Source of the DNA: Gemmatimonadota bacterium
GTDB lineage: Bacteria > Gemmatimonadota > Gemmatimonadetes > Gemmatimonadales > GWC2-71-9
Length of the DNA: 64,000 nt
Reading direction: 5' to 3'
Assembly (NCBI GenBank): GCA_003222155.1
Contig: QHUU01000059.1
Coordinates: 77,578-141,577, forward strand
This document shows positions 16,973 to 27,473 of the stretch, piece by piece; the stretch's first letter is position 1, and every line of letters begins with the position of its first letter. The notes beneath the pieces were generated by a model that searched no databases, had not been told where the DNA came from, and worked only from the letters and a program-made list of their open reading frames with translations. A program made the position numbers and the translations under genes.

Positions 16973-16987
16973 CGGGGCGCCCACGCC

Positions 16988-18046
16988 ATGCGCGCCTTGG
17001 TGATCCGCGCCACCGGCGGCCTCGACCAGCTGCAACAAAGCGATGTCCCCGACCCGCCGGGTTCCGGGTCCCGCTCCCTGGGCCCGCGCCAAGTACGCGT
17101 GGCCCCGCGGGCTGCGGCGCTCAACCACCTCGACTTGTTCGTGGTGCGCGGGCTGCCGCACGAGTACCGCTTCCCCCACATCATGGGAGCCGATGGCGCG
17201 GGCGTGGTGGACGCCGTCGGCTCCGACGTGCGGTCGGTGCGACCGGGCGACCGCGTGATGATCAACCCCGGTATCGCCGACTACACATGCGAGTACTGCC
17301 GAGCGGGGGAGCAATCGCTCTGTCGGGGCTACGGGATTCTAGGCGAACACTTCCCGGGGACGATGGCGCAGTACGTGGTGGTACCCGAGCAGAACGTCGC
17401 TATCATCCCGACATCGGCGACACCGCTCACCTGGGCCGAGGCGGCGGCGTTCTCACTCGTGACCCTCACGGCCTGGCGCATGGTCGTGACCCGAGCGCGG
17501 GTCGTCGCCGGCGAGACCGTGTTGATCTGGGGGATCGGCGGCGGCGTGGGCCTCGCGGCGTTGCGGATCGCCAAGCTCAAGGGGGCGAGAGTGATCGTTA
17601 CAAGTTCCAGCGACGCCAAGTTGCATGAGGCGCAGAACCTCGGTGCGGATCTGACGCTCAATCATAAGACCCAGAAGATCTCCCAGGAGGTTCGCGCGCT
17701 CACCAACAAGCGCGGCGCCGACGTCGTGATCGACGACGTGGGCGAGGCGACGTGGGACGAGTCGTTGCGATCCCTCGGTCGCAGCGGGCGGCTCGTGACG
17801 TGCGGGTCCACGACCGGTCCCCACGTCTCGCTCGACCTGCGCCGGGTGTTCTGGCACCAGTGGAGCATCCTGGGCTCGACCATGGGGAACGACGCGGAGT
17901 ATCGCGAGATCGTACGCCTGCTGGGCGCGGGTGAGCTGCGTCCGATCGTGGATCGCGTGTTTCCGTTCACCGAGGCGCGTGCCGCGTTCGAGCGGCTGGA
18001 ACGAGGGGAGCAGCTGGGGAAGATCGCGATCGAAATCAGTTCCTGA
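16988..18046 (+). CDS. zinc-type alcohol dehydrogenase / quinone oxidoreductase (MDR superfamily)
   Basis: 352 aa. It has CEYCRAGEQSLC (structural Zn-like loop), the GxGGxG Rossmann motif LIWGIGGGVGLAALRIAKL, and a GKIAIEI end. Confidence 0.85.
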   Translation: MRALVIRATGGLDQLQQSDVPDPPGSGSRSLGPRQVRVAPRAAALNHLDLFVVRGLPHEYRFPHIMGADGAGVVDAVGSDVRSVRPGDRVMINPGIADYTCEYCRAGEQSLCRGYGILGEHFPGTMAQYVVVPEQNVAIIPTSATPLTWAEAAAFSLVTLTAWRMVVTRARVVAGETVLIWGIGGGVGLAALRIAKLKGARVIVTSSSDAKLHEAQNLGADLTLNHKTQKISQEVRALTNKRGADVVIDDVGEATWDESLRSLGRSGRLVTCGSTTGPHVSLDLRRVFWHQWSILGSTMGNDAEYREIVRLLGAGELRPIVDRVFPFTEARAAFERLERGEQLGKIAIEISS

Positions 18047-18278
18047 GACACGCAATGGGCCCGGCGCAGCGCTGTCGGAAGGACATCCCGCTCGACTGCG
18101 CCGCTTCGCTCCATGTGCTTCCATTACAGTGCAGCGCCGAGCCCGCGCATCAGATTGCGACATCTTACCGAGGCTCGATCAACCAAGCGTCAACCGCCGC
18201 GCTCGCGTTGCCTTTCCCGGCCTAAGTGATTATTTTTTGGCGACTTAGGCAACTTCCCCCGAGCCCAAACCTGCTTTC

Positions 18279-20825
18279 ATGACCGCACCGAACGCCCGCG
18301 AACGCATCCTGCCCCGCCTCATCGAAGACGAGATGCGGGAGTCGTTCCTCGACTACTCGATGAGCGTGATCGTGCAGCGCGCGCTGCCCGACGTGCGCGA
18401 TGGGCTGAAGCCCGTGCACCGCCGCATCCTGTACGCGATGAACGAGCTGGGGCTCGTCCCCGGCCGCCCCTACAAGAAGAGCGCCACGGTGGTCGGCGAC
18501 GTACTCGGCAAGTACCACCCCCACGGCGACGTGGCGGTCTACGACTCGCTGGTGCGGATGGTGCAGGACTTCTCGCTGCGCTACCCGCTGGTGGACGGCC
18601 AGGGCAACTTCGGCTCCGTGGACGGCGACCCGCCCGCCGCGTACCGCTACACCGAAGCGCGCCTCACGCGCATCGCGATGACGATGCTCGAGGACATCGA
18701 CAAGAACACCGTCGACTTCGTCCCCAACTTCGACGACCGGCTGCAGGAGCCGACGGTGTTGCCGGCGCGGCTCCCCAACCTGATCGTGAACGGGACGTCG
18801 GGCATCGCCGTCGGCATGGCCACGAACATCCCGCCGCACAACCTCGCCGAGACGGTCGAAGCGATCAATCATCTGGTGGACCACCCGGACGCGTCCACCA
18901 AGGATCTCCGGAAGTTCATCAAGGGCCCCGACTTCCCGACCGGCGCGATCATCTACGGACGCGAAGGGATCAAGGAATGCTATGAGAAGGGCCGCGGGCG
19001 GATGGTGTTGCGGGCCCGCGCCGTGGTCGAGGAAAAAGAGTCCACGGGGAAGCAGCAGATCGTGGTCACCGAGATCCCCTATCAGGTGAACAAGGCGAAC
19101 CTCATCGCGCAGATCGCCCAGCTCGCCAACGACAAGAAGCTCGACGGCATCTCCGACATCCAGGACTACTCCGACCGCGAGGGGATGCGGATCGTCATCG
19201 ATCTGAAGCGCGACGCCGTCCCCGCGGTGGTGCTGAACCAGCTGTACAAGCACACCCAGATGCAGACGACCTTCGGCGCGATCATGCTGGCGCTGGTCGA
19301 CGGCGCGCCCAAGGAGATGGCCCTGAAAGAGCTGCTCGAGCACTTCATCGAGCACCGCCACACCGTCATCACGCGCCGCACCCAGTTCGAGCTCACGCGG
19401 GCCCAGGACCGCGAGCACATTCTCGAAGGCCTGAAGATCGCCGTCGACCACATCGACGAGGTGGTGAGGATCATTCGCAAGGCGAAGGACGTGCCCACGG
19501 CCGACGCGGCCCTGCGCAAGCGCTTCAAGCTGTCCGAGAAGCAGGCGGCGGAAATCCTCAACATGCGGCTCGCCCGGCTCACCGCCCTCGAGATCACCAA
19601 GCTCGAGGAGGAGCTGAAGGAAGTCCGCAAGTTCATCAAGGAATGCAAAGAGATCCTCGCCTCCAAGCCGCGGCGCCTCAAGATCCTCAAGGAGGAGCTC
19701 TCGGAGCTGGCGCACGGCTTCGGCGACGAGCGCCGCACCGAGATCGTCGCCGATCAGGGGGAGTTCTCGATCGAGGATCTGATCGCCGAAGAGGACATGG
19801 TGATCACCGTGTCCCATGTCGGCTACATCAAGCGGCTCCCCGTGTCCGCGTACCGCCGTCAGCGCCGCGGCGGCAAGGGCGTCATCTCCGCCCATACCAA
19901 GGAAGACGACTGGGTCGAGCACCTCTTCATCGCCTCGACCCACGACTACGTCATGTTCTTCACGCAGCAGGGGCAGTGCTATTGGTTGAAGGTCCACGAG
20001 ATTCCCCAGGCGGCGCGCGCTGCGCGCGGCAAGCCGATCATCTCGTGCGTCGCCATGAAGCCGGACGAACGCCTCGCCGCACTCGTGCCGGTGCGCGAGT
20101 TCTCCGAGGATCAGTTCCTGCTGTTCGCCACGAAGCAGGGCGTCGTGAAGAAGACCGTCCTCTCGGAATTCGGCAATCCGCGCTCGGTGGGGATCCGGGC
20201 CATCAACATCGAGAAAGGCGACGAGTTGATCGACGTGCAGGTCACCGATGGCCGCAACGACATCGTGCTCGCCACCCGCCACGGCATGAGCATCCGGTTC
20301 CACGAGAAGGACGTGCGCGACATGGGGCGCACGGCGACGGGTGTGAAGGGGATCGAGCTCGACAAGAAGGACCATGTGATCGACATGGTCGTGGTGCGAC
20401 GCAAGTCGACGCTGCTCGCCGTCACGGAGAAGGGGATGGGCAAGCGCTCCGAGCTCGACGAGTACCGCGTGCAGCACCGCGGCGGCCGTGGCATCATCAC
20501 GCTGAAGCGCGCCGACAAGACCGGCGACATCGTCGCGCTCAAGGAAGTGCTCCCCGACGACGAGCTCATGATGATCACCAAGAAGGGGATCATGATTCGC
20601 GTGCCGGTCGAGGGGATCCGCATCTCGGGCCGCAACACGCAGGGCGTGAAGGTCATGAACCTGACCGCGGGCGACCTGCTGGTGGACGTGGCCCGGGTCG
20701 TGAAGGAAGACGAGGGAGAAAACGGCGACGGCGAGGCGGCCGACGAGGACGCGCCGCGCAAGCCCGCCAAGGCCAAGAAGCCCGCCGCCGCGGCCAAGGC
20801 GAAGCAGACGAAAAAGAAATCGTAG
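18279..20825 (+). CDS. gyrA: DNA gyrase subunit A
   Basis: 848 aa. Motifs: [22 protein letters not shown], and the catalytic-Tyr region [11 protein letters not shown]-terminal beta-pinwheel repeats are present, followed by an unusual acidic-then-Lys/Ala-rich tail. Confidence 0.97.
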   Translation: MTAPNARERILPRLIEDEMRESFLDYSMSVIVQRALPDVRDGLKPVHRRILYAMNELGLVPGRPYKKSATVVGDVLGKYHPHGDVAVYDSLVRMVQDFSLRYPLVDGQGNFGSVDGDPPAAYRYTEARLTRIAMTMLEDIDKNTVDFVPNFDDRLQEPTVLPARLPNLIVNGTSGIAVGMATNIPPHNLAETVEAINHLVDHPDASTKDLRKFIKGPDFPTGAIIYGREGIKECYEKGRGRMVLRARAVVEEKESTGKQQIVVTEIPYQVNKANLIAQIAQLANDKKLDGISDIQDYSDREGMRIVIDLKRDAVPAVVLNQLYKHTQMQTTFGAIMLALVDGAPKEMALKELLEHFIEHRHTVITRRTQFELTRAQDREHILEGLKIAVDHIDEVVRIIRKAKDVPTADAALRKRFKLSEKQAAEILNMRLARLTALEITKLEEELKEVRKFIKECKEILASKPRRLKILKEELSELAHGFGDERRTEIVADQGEFSIEDLIAEEDMVITVSHVGYIKRLPVSAYRRQRRGGKGVISAHTKEDDWVEHLFIASTHDYVMFFTQQGQCYWLKVHEIPQAARAARGKPIISCVAMKPDERLAALVPVREFSEDQFLLFATKQGVVKKTVLSEFGNPRSVGIRAINIEKGDELIDVQVTDGRNDIVLATRHGMSIRFHEKDVRDMGRTATGVKGIELDKKDHVIDMVVVRRKSTLLAVTEKGMGKRSELDEYRVQHRGGRGIITLKRADKTGDIVALKEVLPDDELMMITKKGIMIRVPVEGIRISGRNTQGVKVMNLTAGDLLVDVARVVKEDEGENGDGEAADEDAPRKPAKAKKPAAAAKAKQTKKKS

Positions 20826-20826
20826 C

Positions 20827-21756
20827 GTGCTCACCGCGCAGCAGGTCCGCGAGGCGGCCGCGGGGCTCGCCGGCGTGGCGGTGCGTACGCCGCTGCGCTT
20901 CGTCGAGGAGTTGGACGCCTACCTCAAGCTCGAGAGCCTCCAGCCGATCGGGGCATTCAAGCTGCGCGGTGCCTACAATGCGATCAGACGCCTGCCGCCA
21001 GGCGCAAGCCGCAAGGGTGTCATCACCTACTCCAGCGGGAACCACGGCCAGGCGGTGGCCTACGCAGCGCAGCTGGTCGGAGTGCGGGCCGTGGTCGTGA
21101 TGCCCGAGACCGCGCCCGCCGTCAAGGTGGCCGGGGTCAAGCGCTGGGGTGGGGAGGTGGTGTTTGCCGGCCGTACGTCGGAGGACCGCCAGCAGCGGGC
21201 CGAGGCCATCGCGGCCGAGCGCGGGCTCGCGATCGTGCCGCCATTCGACCACGCGGACATCGTCGCCGGGCAGGCAACCGTGGGCTTGGAGATCGCCGAG
21301 CAGCTGCCCGACGTCCGGACGGTGGTGGTGCCGGTGGGCGGCGGCGGGCTCATCGCGGGAGTGGTGACGGGTCTCGCGGCGGCGGGAAGCCAGGCGCGGG
21401 TGTGGGGGGTGGAGCCCGCGGGCGCACCCAAACTCACGCGCTCGCTCGAGGCCGGCCGGCCGGTGCGGCTCGAGCGCACGGCGAGCCTCGCGGACGGGCT
21501 GATCACGCTCAGCGTGGGGGCGGTTCCTTTCGCCCACCTCACCGCGCAGCGCGACCGCCTGGCGGGGGTAGTGCTGGTGGAGGATGACGCGCTGCGGGAG
21601 GCGGTGCAATTTCTCTGGCGGCAGTGCCACCTCGCGGTGGAGCCGTCCGGCGCGGCGACGACGGCGGCGCTCCGCTCCGGCGCGGTGCGCCCCGCCCCGC
21701 CCACCGTGCTGGTCGTGAGCGGCGGTAACGTCGACCCCTCGCTGCTAGAGGATTGA
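20827..21756 (+). CDS. PLP-dependent threonine/serine dehydratase (short, no ACT-like regulatory domain)
   Basis: 309 aa, GTG start. It has the PLP lysine motif PIGAFKLRGA, SSGNHGQAVAYAA, and the glycine loop VPVGGGGLIAG. Confidence 0.85.
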   Translation: MLTAQQVREAAAGLAGVAVRTPLRFVEELDAYLKLESLQPIGAFKLRGAYNAIRRLPPGASRKGVITYSSGNHGQAVAYAAQLVGVRAVVVMPETAPAVKVAGVKRWGGEVVFAGRTSEDRQQRAEAIAAERGLAIVPPFDHADIVAGQATVGLEIAEQLPDVRTVVVPVGGGGLIAGVVTGLAAAGSQARVWGVEPAGAPKLTRSLEAGRPVRLERTASLADGLITLSVGAVPFAHLTAQRDRLAGVVLVEDDALREAVQFLWRQCHLAVEPSGAATTAALRSGAVRPAPPTVLVVSGGNVDPSLLED

Positions 21757-21762
21757 AGGCCC

Positions 21763-23202
21763 GTGAGCCCCGAAGCCGCCGCCAAGATCCTCGTCGCCGA
21801 CGACGACCAGTCGCTGGTCCGCACCCTCACGTGGATCCTGAAGGAGAACGGCTACGACGTCGTGACGGCGCCGGGCGGCGAGGGGCTCATCGGCAAGCTC
21901 GAAGAGGAGCGTCCCAACCTGCTGCTGCTCGACATCATGATGCCCAAGGTCGACGGCCTGCAGCTGCTGGCGAAGATGAAGGCCGACGACCGGTTCCGCG
22001 ACGTCCCGGTGCTGATGATCTCGTCGATGCCGCCCGAGGAAGCGACGGTGAAGTCGCTCGGTCTCGGCGCCGCCGACTTCATCTCCAAGCCGTTCCGCGT
22101 GCGCGAGCTGTTGGCGCGCGTGAAGGCGCACATCCGCTCGGCGCAGGAGCTGGCCCGTGCCCGCGACGAAGCGCAGAGCCGGGCGGCGATCGTCGACATC
22201 CTGCACGAAGTCACCGACTCCCTCAAGCCCGACGAGATCTACCATATCCTGGTGAGGCGAGTCGCCCGCGTGCTCCAGATCTCCAAGTGCTCTATGGTGC
22301 TCGCCAAGCCGGGGGACCAGCTCGGCGTGGTGGTGGCGGCGTACGAGAACCCCATGCTCCGCAACCTCGAGATCGAGCTGGCGCGCTATCCCGAGATCCA
22401 GCGCGCGCTGACGGGCAGCCGACCGGTGCTGGTCGAGGACGTCTCGTCGGATCCGCTGTACGAGGGAGAGCGCGTGCGCTGGCAGCGCGAGGGCATCTCC
22501 GTGCCGACGCGCTCCGCCGTAGCGCTCCCCTTCTCCATGAAGGACCAGCAGCTCGGCGTCTTCTTTCTGCGCACCACGGGCGAGGACCCGCCGCTCACCC
22601 GCGCCGACGCCGGGTTCGCCGAGACGGTGATCCGCACCGCGGTGGCGGCCATCGAGAAGGCGTACGATTTCGAGACGGCGGTGTCGGACAAGAAGCGCCT
22701 CGAGAAACTCGCGGCGACCGACGCGCTCACCGGCTGCATGAACCGGCGTGCGCTCTCGGAAGAGCTCGAGGCGGAGCTCGATCGGGCGCGCCGTTACAAC
22801 CTCGCGCTCACCATCCTGCTCGCCGACATCGACCGCTTCAAGCTCGTCAACGACACGCGGGGCCATATTGCGGGCGACTCCGTCCTGCGCCAAGTTGGCG
22901 AGATCCTGCGCCGCGAGGCGCGCTCGGTCGACCTGGCGGCGCGGTACGGCGGGGAGGAGTTCGTGGTGGTCATGCCCGAGACGGCGCTGCACGGCGCCGC
23001 GCTCTTCGCCGAGCGGCTGCGGCGCCGCGTCATGCACCACGACTTCGCCGACCCGGGAGAGGATCCCCTCAACCTGACGATCTCCATCGGCCTGGCGTCC
23101 TTCCCCGACGACCGCGTCACCAGCGCCGACAGCTTCGTCGCCCTGGCGGACCAGGCCCTGTACCGCGCCAAGAACGAAGGCCGCAACCTGGTGCGTCAAT
23201 GA
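21763..23202 (+). CDS. response regulator with REC, GAF-like and GGDEF (diguanylate cyclase) domains
   Basis: 479 aa. REC domain: ILVADDD...LLLLDIMMPKVDG...SKPF. GGDEF domain: LADIDRFKLVNDTRGHIAGD...RYGGEEFVVVMPE...ALYRAKNEGRN. Confidence 0.9.
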   Translation: MSPEAAAKILVADDDQSLVRTLTWILKENGYDVVTAPGGEGLIGKLEEERPNLLLLDIMMPKVDGLQLLAKMKADDRFRDVPVLMISSMPPEEATVKSLGLGAADFISKPFRVRELLARVKAHIRSAQELARARDEAQSRAAIVDILHEVTDSLKPDEIYHILVRRVARVLQISKCSMVLAKPGDQLGVVVAAYENPMLRNLEIELARYPEIQRALTGSRPVLVEDVSSDPLYEGERVRWQREGISVPTRSAVALPFSMKDQQLGVFFLRTTGEDPPLTRADAGFAETVIRTAVAAIEKAYDFETAVSDKKRLEKLAATDALTGCMNRRALSEELEAELDRARRYNLALTILLADIDRFKLVNDTRGHIAGDSVLRQVGEILRREARSVDLAARYGGEEFVVVMPETALHGAALFAERLRRRVMHHDFADPGEDPLNLTISIGLASFPDDRVTSADSFVALADQALYRAKNEGRNLVRQ

Positions 23203-24263
23203 GCGAGCGACGCTGCCCCAAGTGCGGCGCGGTGTACACCGATGCCGCGCGCTTCTGCGCCCGCGACGGCAACATGCTGGTCGAGGTGCAGTCGAAAGGG
23301 GCGACGCCCACGCCGCCGGCCGGCGGCGGCACCGCCGTGCGCACCCCCTCCAAACCCAAGCCCGGGCTCGACCGCGCGGCCTCGCTCTCGGGGCACGTCC
23401 TGGACTCGCGCTACCAGGTCCAGAAGAAGCTGGGCGAGGGCGGCATGTCGTACGTGTACCTCGCGCGCGAGGTGGCGACCGGTCACGACGTCGCGATCAA
23501 GGTGCTCTCCCCCAAGCTCGCCACCGACAGGAGCTCGGTCGAGCGGCTGCGGCGCGAGGCCGGCCTCGCCATGCGGCTCGACCATCCCAACGTGTGCCGC
23601 ATCCTGCGCCTCGGTGAGTCCGAGGACGGCCTGATCTACCTGGTGATGCCGTTCCTCAAGGGCGAGCTGCTCTCGGACCGCGAAGTGAAGGGCGGCCCGA
23701 TGACCGTCGCGGCGGGGACCGCCGTGCTGCGGCAGGTGTGCGCCGGGCTGCACCACGCGCACGAGCTGCAGATCGTGCACCGGGACTTGAAGCCCGAGAA
23801 CATCATGCTCGTGATGGGGGAGCCGGCGGGCGATCGGGCGGTGGTCCTGGATTTCGGACTCGCCAAAGAGCGCCGCGCCGACCCCGCGATCGCGAAGCTC
23901 ACCGCGACGGGCATCATCCTCGGTACGCCGGAGTTCATGAGCCCGGAGCAGATCCGCGGCAAGCAGCTCGACGCGCGCTCCGACATCTACGCGCTCGGGA
24001 TCGTCGCGTTCGAGATGTTCACCGGAAAACTGCCGTTCCACGGCCGCAACGCGCAGGAGATGATGATCGCGCGACTGCGCGGCCACCCGCTGAAACTGCG
24101 CCAGCTGCGGCCCGACCTGCCCGAGGGTCTCGAACGGACGCTGGGGCGCGCCCTCGAGTCGAATCCCGAGGCGCGCTACGCCACCGCGCTCGAGTTCGCC
24201 GAAGCCCTGTCCACCTTCCACGAAGGCGGCTTGCTGTCGAAGATCAAGGAGAAGCTGAAATAA
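23199..24263 (+). CDS. Ser/Thr protein kinase with N-terminal zinc-ribbon
   Basis: This is the in-frame tail of ORF 21753..24263. The ATG at 23199 overlaps the stop of the GGDEF gene (ATGA). Motifs: CPKCGAVYTDAARFCARDG, GEGGMSYVY, AIKVL, HRDLKPENIM, DFGLA and GTPEFMSPEQ. Confidence 0.9.
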   Translation: MSERRCPKCGAVYTDAARFCARDGNMLVEVQSKGATPTPPAGGGTAVRTPSKPKPGLDRAASLSGHVLDSRYQVQKKLGEGGMSYVYLAREVATGHDVAIKVLSPKLATDRSSVERLRREAGLAMRLDHPNVCRILRLGESEDGLIYLVMPFLKGELLSDREVKGGPMTVAAGTAVLRQVCAGLHHAHELQIVHRDLKPENIMLVMGEPAGDRAVVLDFGLAKERRADPAIAKLTATGIILGTPEFMSPEQIRGKQLDARSDIYALGIVAFEMFTGKLPFHGRNAQEMMIARLRGHPLKLRQLRPDLPEGLERTLGRALESNPEARYATALEFAEALSTFHEGGLLSKIKEKLK

Positions 24264-24316
24264 AGCGCTTCCCGGCCTTCGATCCGCCGGAGTACGTCGA
24301 ATGGCAGCCCGACCCC

Positions 24317-25375
24317 GTGCTGGTGCGCGGCTTCCGGGAGACGCTCGAGCGGGACCCCGAGCGCGCCGCCGTCGTGGCGCGACTCGCGCCCGAAGCCGCC
24401 CTCGCGCTGTACGCGGGATTGCTGCGCGCCCGCCTGCACGACATCCAGCTCAAACGCTGGGTGCGCACCGGGGTGATCTCCAAGGCGTGGCTGGGCACGG
24501 GCGAGGAGGCCGTCACGGTCGGCCCCGTGCACGCGCTGGAGCGCGGGCGGGACGTGGTGGCGCCGATGATCCGCAATGCGGCCGCGTGCTGCGAGCTGGG
24601 GATGCCGGTCGCCGACATGTTGCGCGCCTATCTGGGCAGCGACGACTCGCCCTCCCGCGGCCGCGACCTGCACGTCGGCGCCTGGGATCGCGGCGTGCTG
24701 CAGCCGATCTCGCACGTCGGCGACATGGTGCCGGTCACGAGCGGCGTCGCGCTCACCTTCAGGATGAGGCGCGAGCCCCGTGTGGCCCTCACGTGGGTGG
24801 GCGACGGCGCCGCCAACACGGCGGCGGCCCACGAGGGCACCAACTTCGCCGCCGTGCGCCGGCTCCCCGCCATCTTCATCCTCCAGAACAACCAGGTGGC
24901 GCTGGGAACCCGGCTGGACCGACATCACCTCCCGGGCCAGTTTCGCGAGTGGGCGGCCAGCTACGGCATCCCCGGCGCGGAGTTCGACGGCAACAACGTG
25001 CTCGACGCCTACGCGGCGACCCGGCTCGCGGGCGAGCGCTGTCGCCGGGGCGAGGGGCCGGCGCTGCTGGTGGCGGAGACGTTCCGGATGGGCGGGCACG
25101 CCACCCACGACGAGCGCGAGGCACGCGAGACGCTGCCGGATGAGCTCTTCAAGAGCTGGGGCAAACGGGATCCGATCGGGCTTTACGAGGAATACCTGAA
25201 GGAGCGGGGCGTCGCCCCGCAACGACTCGCCGACATCGAGGCGGACATCACGGCGGAGGTGGAGCGGGCCGCCGAGGAAGCGCTGCGGAGCCGCGACCGG
25301 ATGCCGGCGGGCTCGTCGGCGCTGGCGGGGGTGTACGCCGGCAACGGCGTCGTGCAACCGAGGGGAGACCCATGA
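24317..25375 (+). CDS. thiamine-diphosphate-dependent 2-oxoacid dehydrogenase E1 alpha-subunit-like protein (no beta subunit adjacent)
   Basis: This is the tail of ORF 23738..25375. The first canonical start after the kinase stop is GTG 24317. The TPP motif region is WVGDGAANTAAAHEGTNFAAVRRLPAIFILQNN, followed by RMGGHATHD. Confidence 0.75.
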   Translation: MLVRGFRETLERDPERAAVVARLAPEAALALYAGLLRARLHDIQLKRWVRTGVISKAWLGTGEEAVTVGPVHALERGRDVVAPMIRNAAACCELGMPVADMLRAYLGSDDSPSRGRDLHVGAWDRGVLQPISHVGDMVPVTSGVALTFRMRREPRVALTWVGDGAANTAAAHEGTNFAAVRRLPAIFILQNNQVALGTRLDRHHLPGQFREWAASYGIPGAEFDGNNVLDAYAATRLAGERCRRGEGPALLVAETFRMGGHATHDEREARETLPDELFKSWGKRDPIGLYEEYLKERGVAPQRLADIEADITAEVERAAEEALRSRDRMPAGSSALAGVYAGNGVVQPRGDP

Positions 25376-26115
25376 ATCTGAAGACTGTGGCGACGATCAT
25401 GCTGCTGTCCGCGGTTCCACCGTTCCGTCCTTCCAGCGACGTACACGCGGAGTACGTGAAGGTGCCGAGCGGCCGCGACACCATCACCGCGTATCTGGCC
25501 TATCCCGAGCGCCAGGAGCGGGCCCCGGCCGTGGTCGTTATCCACGAGATCTTCGGAATGTCGGATTTCATCCGGCAGACCACCGAGCAGCTCGCCAAGG
25601 ACGGTTTCGTGGCGATCGCCCCCGACCTCCTGTCGCGCCGGGGCGGTACGCCTCCATCCCCCGACTCGGCCCGCAAGCTCATCGCGGGACTCGACCCGGA
25701 CACTGTCACGCGGGACCTCGACGCCACGGTGGCGTATGTCCGGGGCGTGAAAGCGGTGCGGCCCGACCGCATCGGCGTGATCGGATTCTGCTGGGGCGGC
25801 GGCCAGAGCTTTCGCTACGCCACCAACAACCCCTCGCTCCGCGGCTTCGTCGTCTGCTACGGGCCCGGCCCGGAAGCGCTCGCCGTCGCGCGCATTCGCG
25901 CCCGGGGTCTGGGAGTCTACGCCGAGAACGACGCGCGGATCGATGCGGGGCTGCCGGGCGTGGATGCCGCGATCCGGACCTACCGCAAGAGCTACCGCTA
26001 CACGGTCTATCCCGGCGTCGGCCACGGGTTCCTGCGCACGCGCGAGCGGCCCGAGGTCGCCGACAGCGCGTGGCGGGACGTGGTGCGGTTTCTCGGGGAG
26101 AGCCTGGAGCACTAA
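25372..26115 (+). CDS. dienelactone hydrolase family protein (secreted)
   Basis: 247 aa. The ATG overlaps the upstream stop (ATGA). Motifs: VVVIHEIFG, the nucleophile elbow IGVIGFCWGG, and GVGHGF. Confidence 0.85.
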   Translation: MNLKTVATIMLLSAVPPFRPSSDVHAEYVKVPSGRDTITAYLAYPERQERAPAVVVIHEIFGMSDFIRQTTEQLAKDGFVAIAPDLLSRRGGTPPSPDSARKLIAGLDPDTVTRDLDATVAYVRGVKAVRPDRIGVIGFCWGGGQSFRYATNNPSLRGFVVCYGPGPEALAVARIRARGLGVYAENDARIDAGLPGVDAAIRTYRKSYRYTVYPGVGHGFLRTRERPEVADSAWRDVVRFLGESLEH

Positions 26116-26159
26116 CGGGCGGCCCAGAGCGGCAAGACTCCGGCGCGGCCCTCTGCCGC

Positions 26160-27473
26160 CTATTGCCGCCCGCTGCCGCCCTTCAAGTACTCCCGCGCCC
26201 GGTCCAGCGTCGGTTCGTTGCCTGCCAGGAGGTCGTCCACCGTCGGGACGACCAGCAGGTCGGGCTTCACGCCGAACCCCGCGTACTCCGTCCCGTCGGC
26301 GAACGAGTGGCGCGTAACCGAGAACTGGACGCCCCAGTTCTTGGGGAGCGCGAACGTCGCGATGTCGCCCACGCTGCCGGCTGAGGGCTCGCCGATGATG
26401 ACCCCGCGGCCGGTGGCGCGGAACGCGGCCAGGAGATCTTCCGCGGCGCCGGAGGTCACGCTCGACGCCAGCAGTGCGATCGGGCCCCCATAGGCGGGGT
26501 GCTCGCGCCGCGGTGCAACGCTTCCGACCGCCGGTCCGTACCACGTCATGGCGGAGTCCGGCAGGTTCCACGCGTGGAACGCCGCCCGGTATTGCGGCGT
26601 TCTCCAGCGCACGGCCGAGAATGGCTGGTCCGTGAGGCGAGCGACGATCTGGTAGGCGTACTCGGTTTGGCCGCCGCTCGCGCCGCGCAGATCCAGCACG
26701 AGCCCCTGGACGGTGCCGAAGTCCGGGTAGGTCCGGTCGAACTGGCGGACGACGTCCTCGTCGGCGAGGGAGCCGATCCGCACGACGGCGACGCCACCGG
26801 GAAGCGAGTCCACGGCGAAGGCCGGTGGGTCGAGCGGCCAGCGATCGTTGAGCGACAAGGAGCGGGTCACGCTCACCCCTCGGGGGTCGCCGCCGGGCAC
26901 CCGGATGAGCAGATGCAGGCTGGTGCCTTTGTCGCCCTGCAGCATCCAGGCGACCGCCCGCTGCCAGCGGTCGGCGGGCGTCGCGGCGGGGGTCTCCGGG
27001 AGCACCGAGTCGCGGATCCACGCCTCCGCGGGGACCCCTTGGACGGCCACGATCTCGGCCAGCCGATCGGGGTGCGCGACGCGCATCTCGTCGTTCTCGG
27101 CGTAGTCCATGATGAAGGGTCTGCGCGCAGCGCTCGTCAGCAGGAGCGGCGGGCGCGCGATCCGGGACCGCAGATTCGGGGGCGCGAGCACCGCGGCCTG
27201 CCCGTCGCCCAGCAGGGCGACGAAGCGGCGCAGGCGGCGGTAGAACAGCAGGTCGGACTGCGGCTCGGCGGCGAGCTTCAGATTCACCCTGAGCGCCGAG
27301 TCCCAGTCGACCCGCACGCGGTCCCAGTAGGCGAAGTTGTAACGGGCCTCGGCCCAGATCGTGGCGAGGGCGTGAGCGCGCTCAGGGGCGGTGAGCTGCT
27401 GTGCGGTCGCCGCGCGGAGCGGCGCGAGCGACATGGCGGCCAGATACATCAGGAGCTTGGAGCGAGTGGTCAC
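26160..27473 (-). CDS. S41-family peptidase (tail-specific/C-terminal processing type), secreted
   Basis: 437 aa. S41 signatures are present: LVLDLRGASGGQ and IALLASSVTSGAAEDL. ATG 27449 (MYLAAMSLAPLRAATAQQ) is an alternative start. Confidence 0.8.
   Translation of the reverse strand: MTTRSKLLMYLAAMSLAPLRAATAQQLTAPERAHALATIWAEARYNFAYWDRVRVDWDSALRVNLKLAAEPQSDLLFYRRLRRFVALLGDGQAAVLAPPNLRSRIARPPLLLTSAARRPFIMDYAENDEMRVAHPDRLAEIVAVQGVPAEAWIRDSVLPETPAATPADRWQRAVAWMLQGDKGTSLHLLIRVPGGDPRGVSVTRSLSLNDRWPLDPPAFAVDSLPGGVAVVRIGSLADEDVVRQFDRTYPDFGTVQGLVLDLRGASGGQTEYAYQIVARLTDQPFSAVRWRTPQYRAAFHAWNLPDSAMTWYGPAVGSVAPRREHPAYGGPIALLASSVTSGAAEDLLAAFRATGRGVIIGEPSAGSVGDIATFALPKNWGVQFSVTRHSFADGTEYAGFGVKPDLLVVPTVDDLLAGNEPTLDRAREYLKGGSGRQ

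Noticed and set aside
18221-18249. CCTAAGT-N15-ACTTAGG inverted repeat with a T6 run upstream of gyrA
   Set aside because: It probably belongs to the gyrA promoter or leader, but the 7-bp arms and lack of comparative data do not support a specific regulatory call.
18222-20834. 870-aa ORF antisense to gyrA
   Set aside because: The opposite strand encodes an unmistakable GyrA. The antisense translation is low-complexity (L/R/D/H/G-rich) with no motifs.
21753-23198. Upstream part of ORF 21753..24263, and of ORF 23738..25375
   Set aside because: These stretches are alternative frames of the GGDEF and kinase genes. The real kinase begins at ATG 23199, and the E1-alpha-like gene begins after the kinase stop.
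27449-27473. Apparent head-to-head overlap of the S41 peptidase and metallophosphoesterase coding starts
   Set aside because: This is most likely a start-codon assignment issue, since ATG 27449 for the peptidase and GTG 27466 for the phosphoesterase remove the overlap. It is unlikely to be a real overlapping-gene arrangement.
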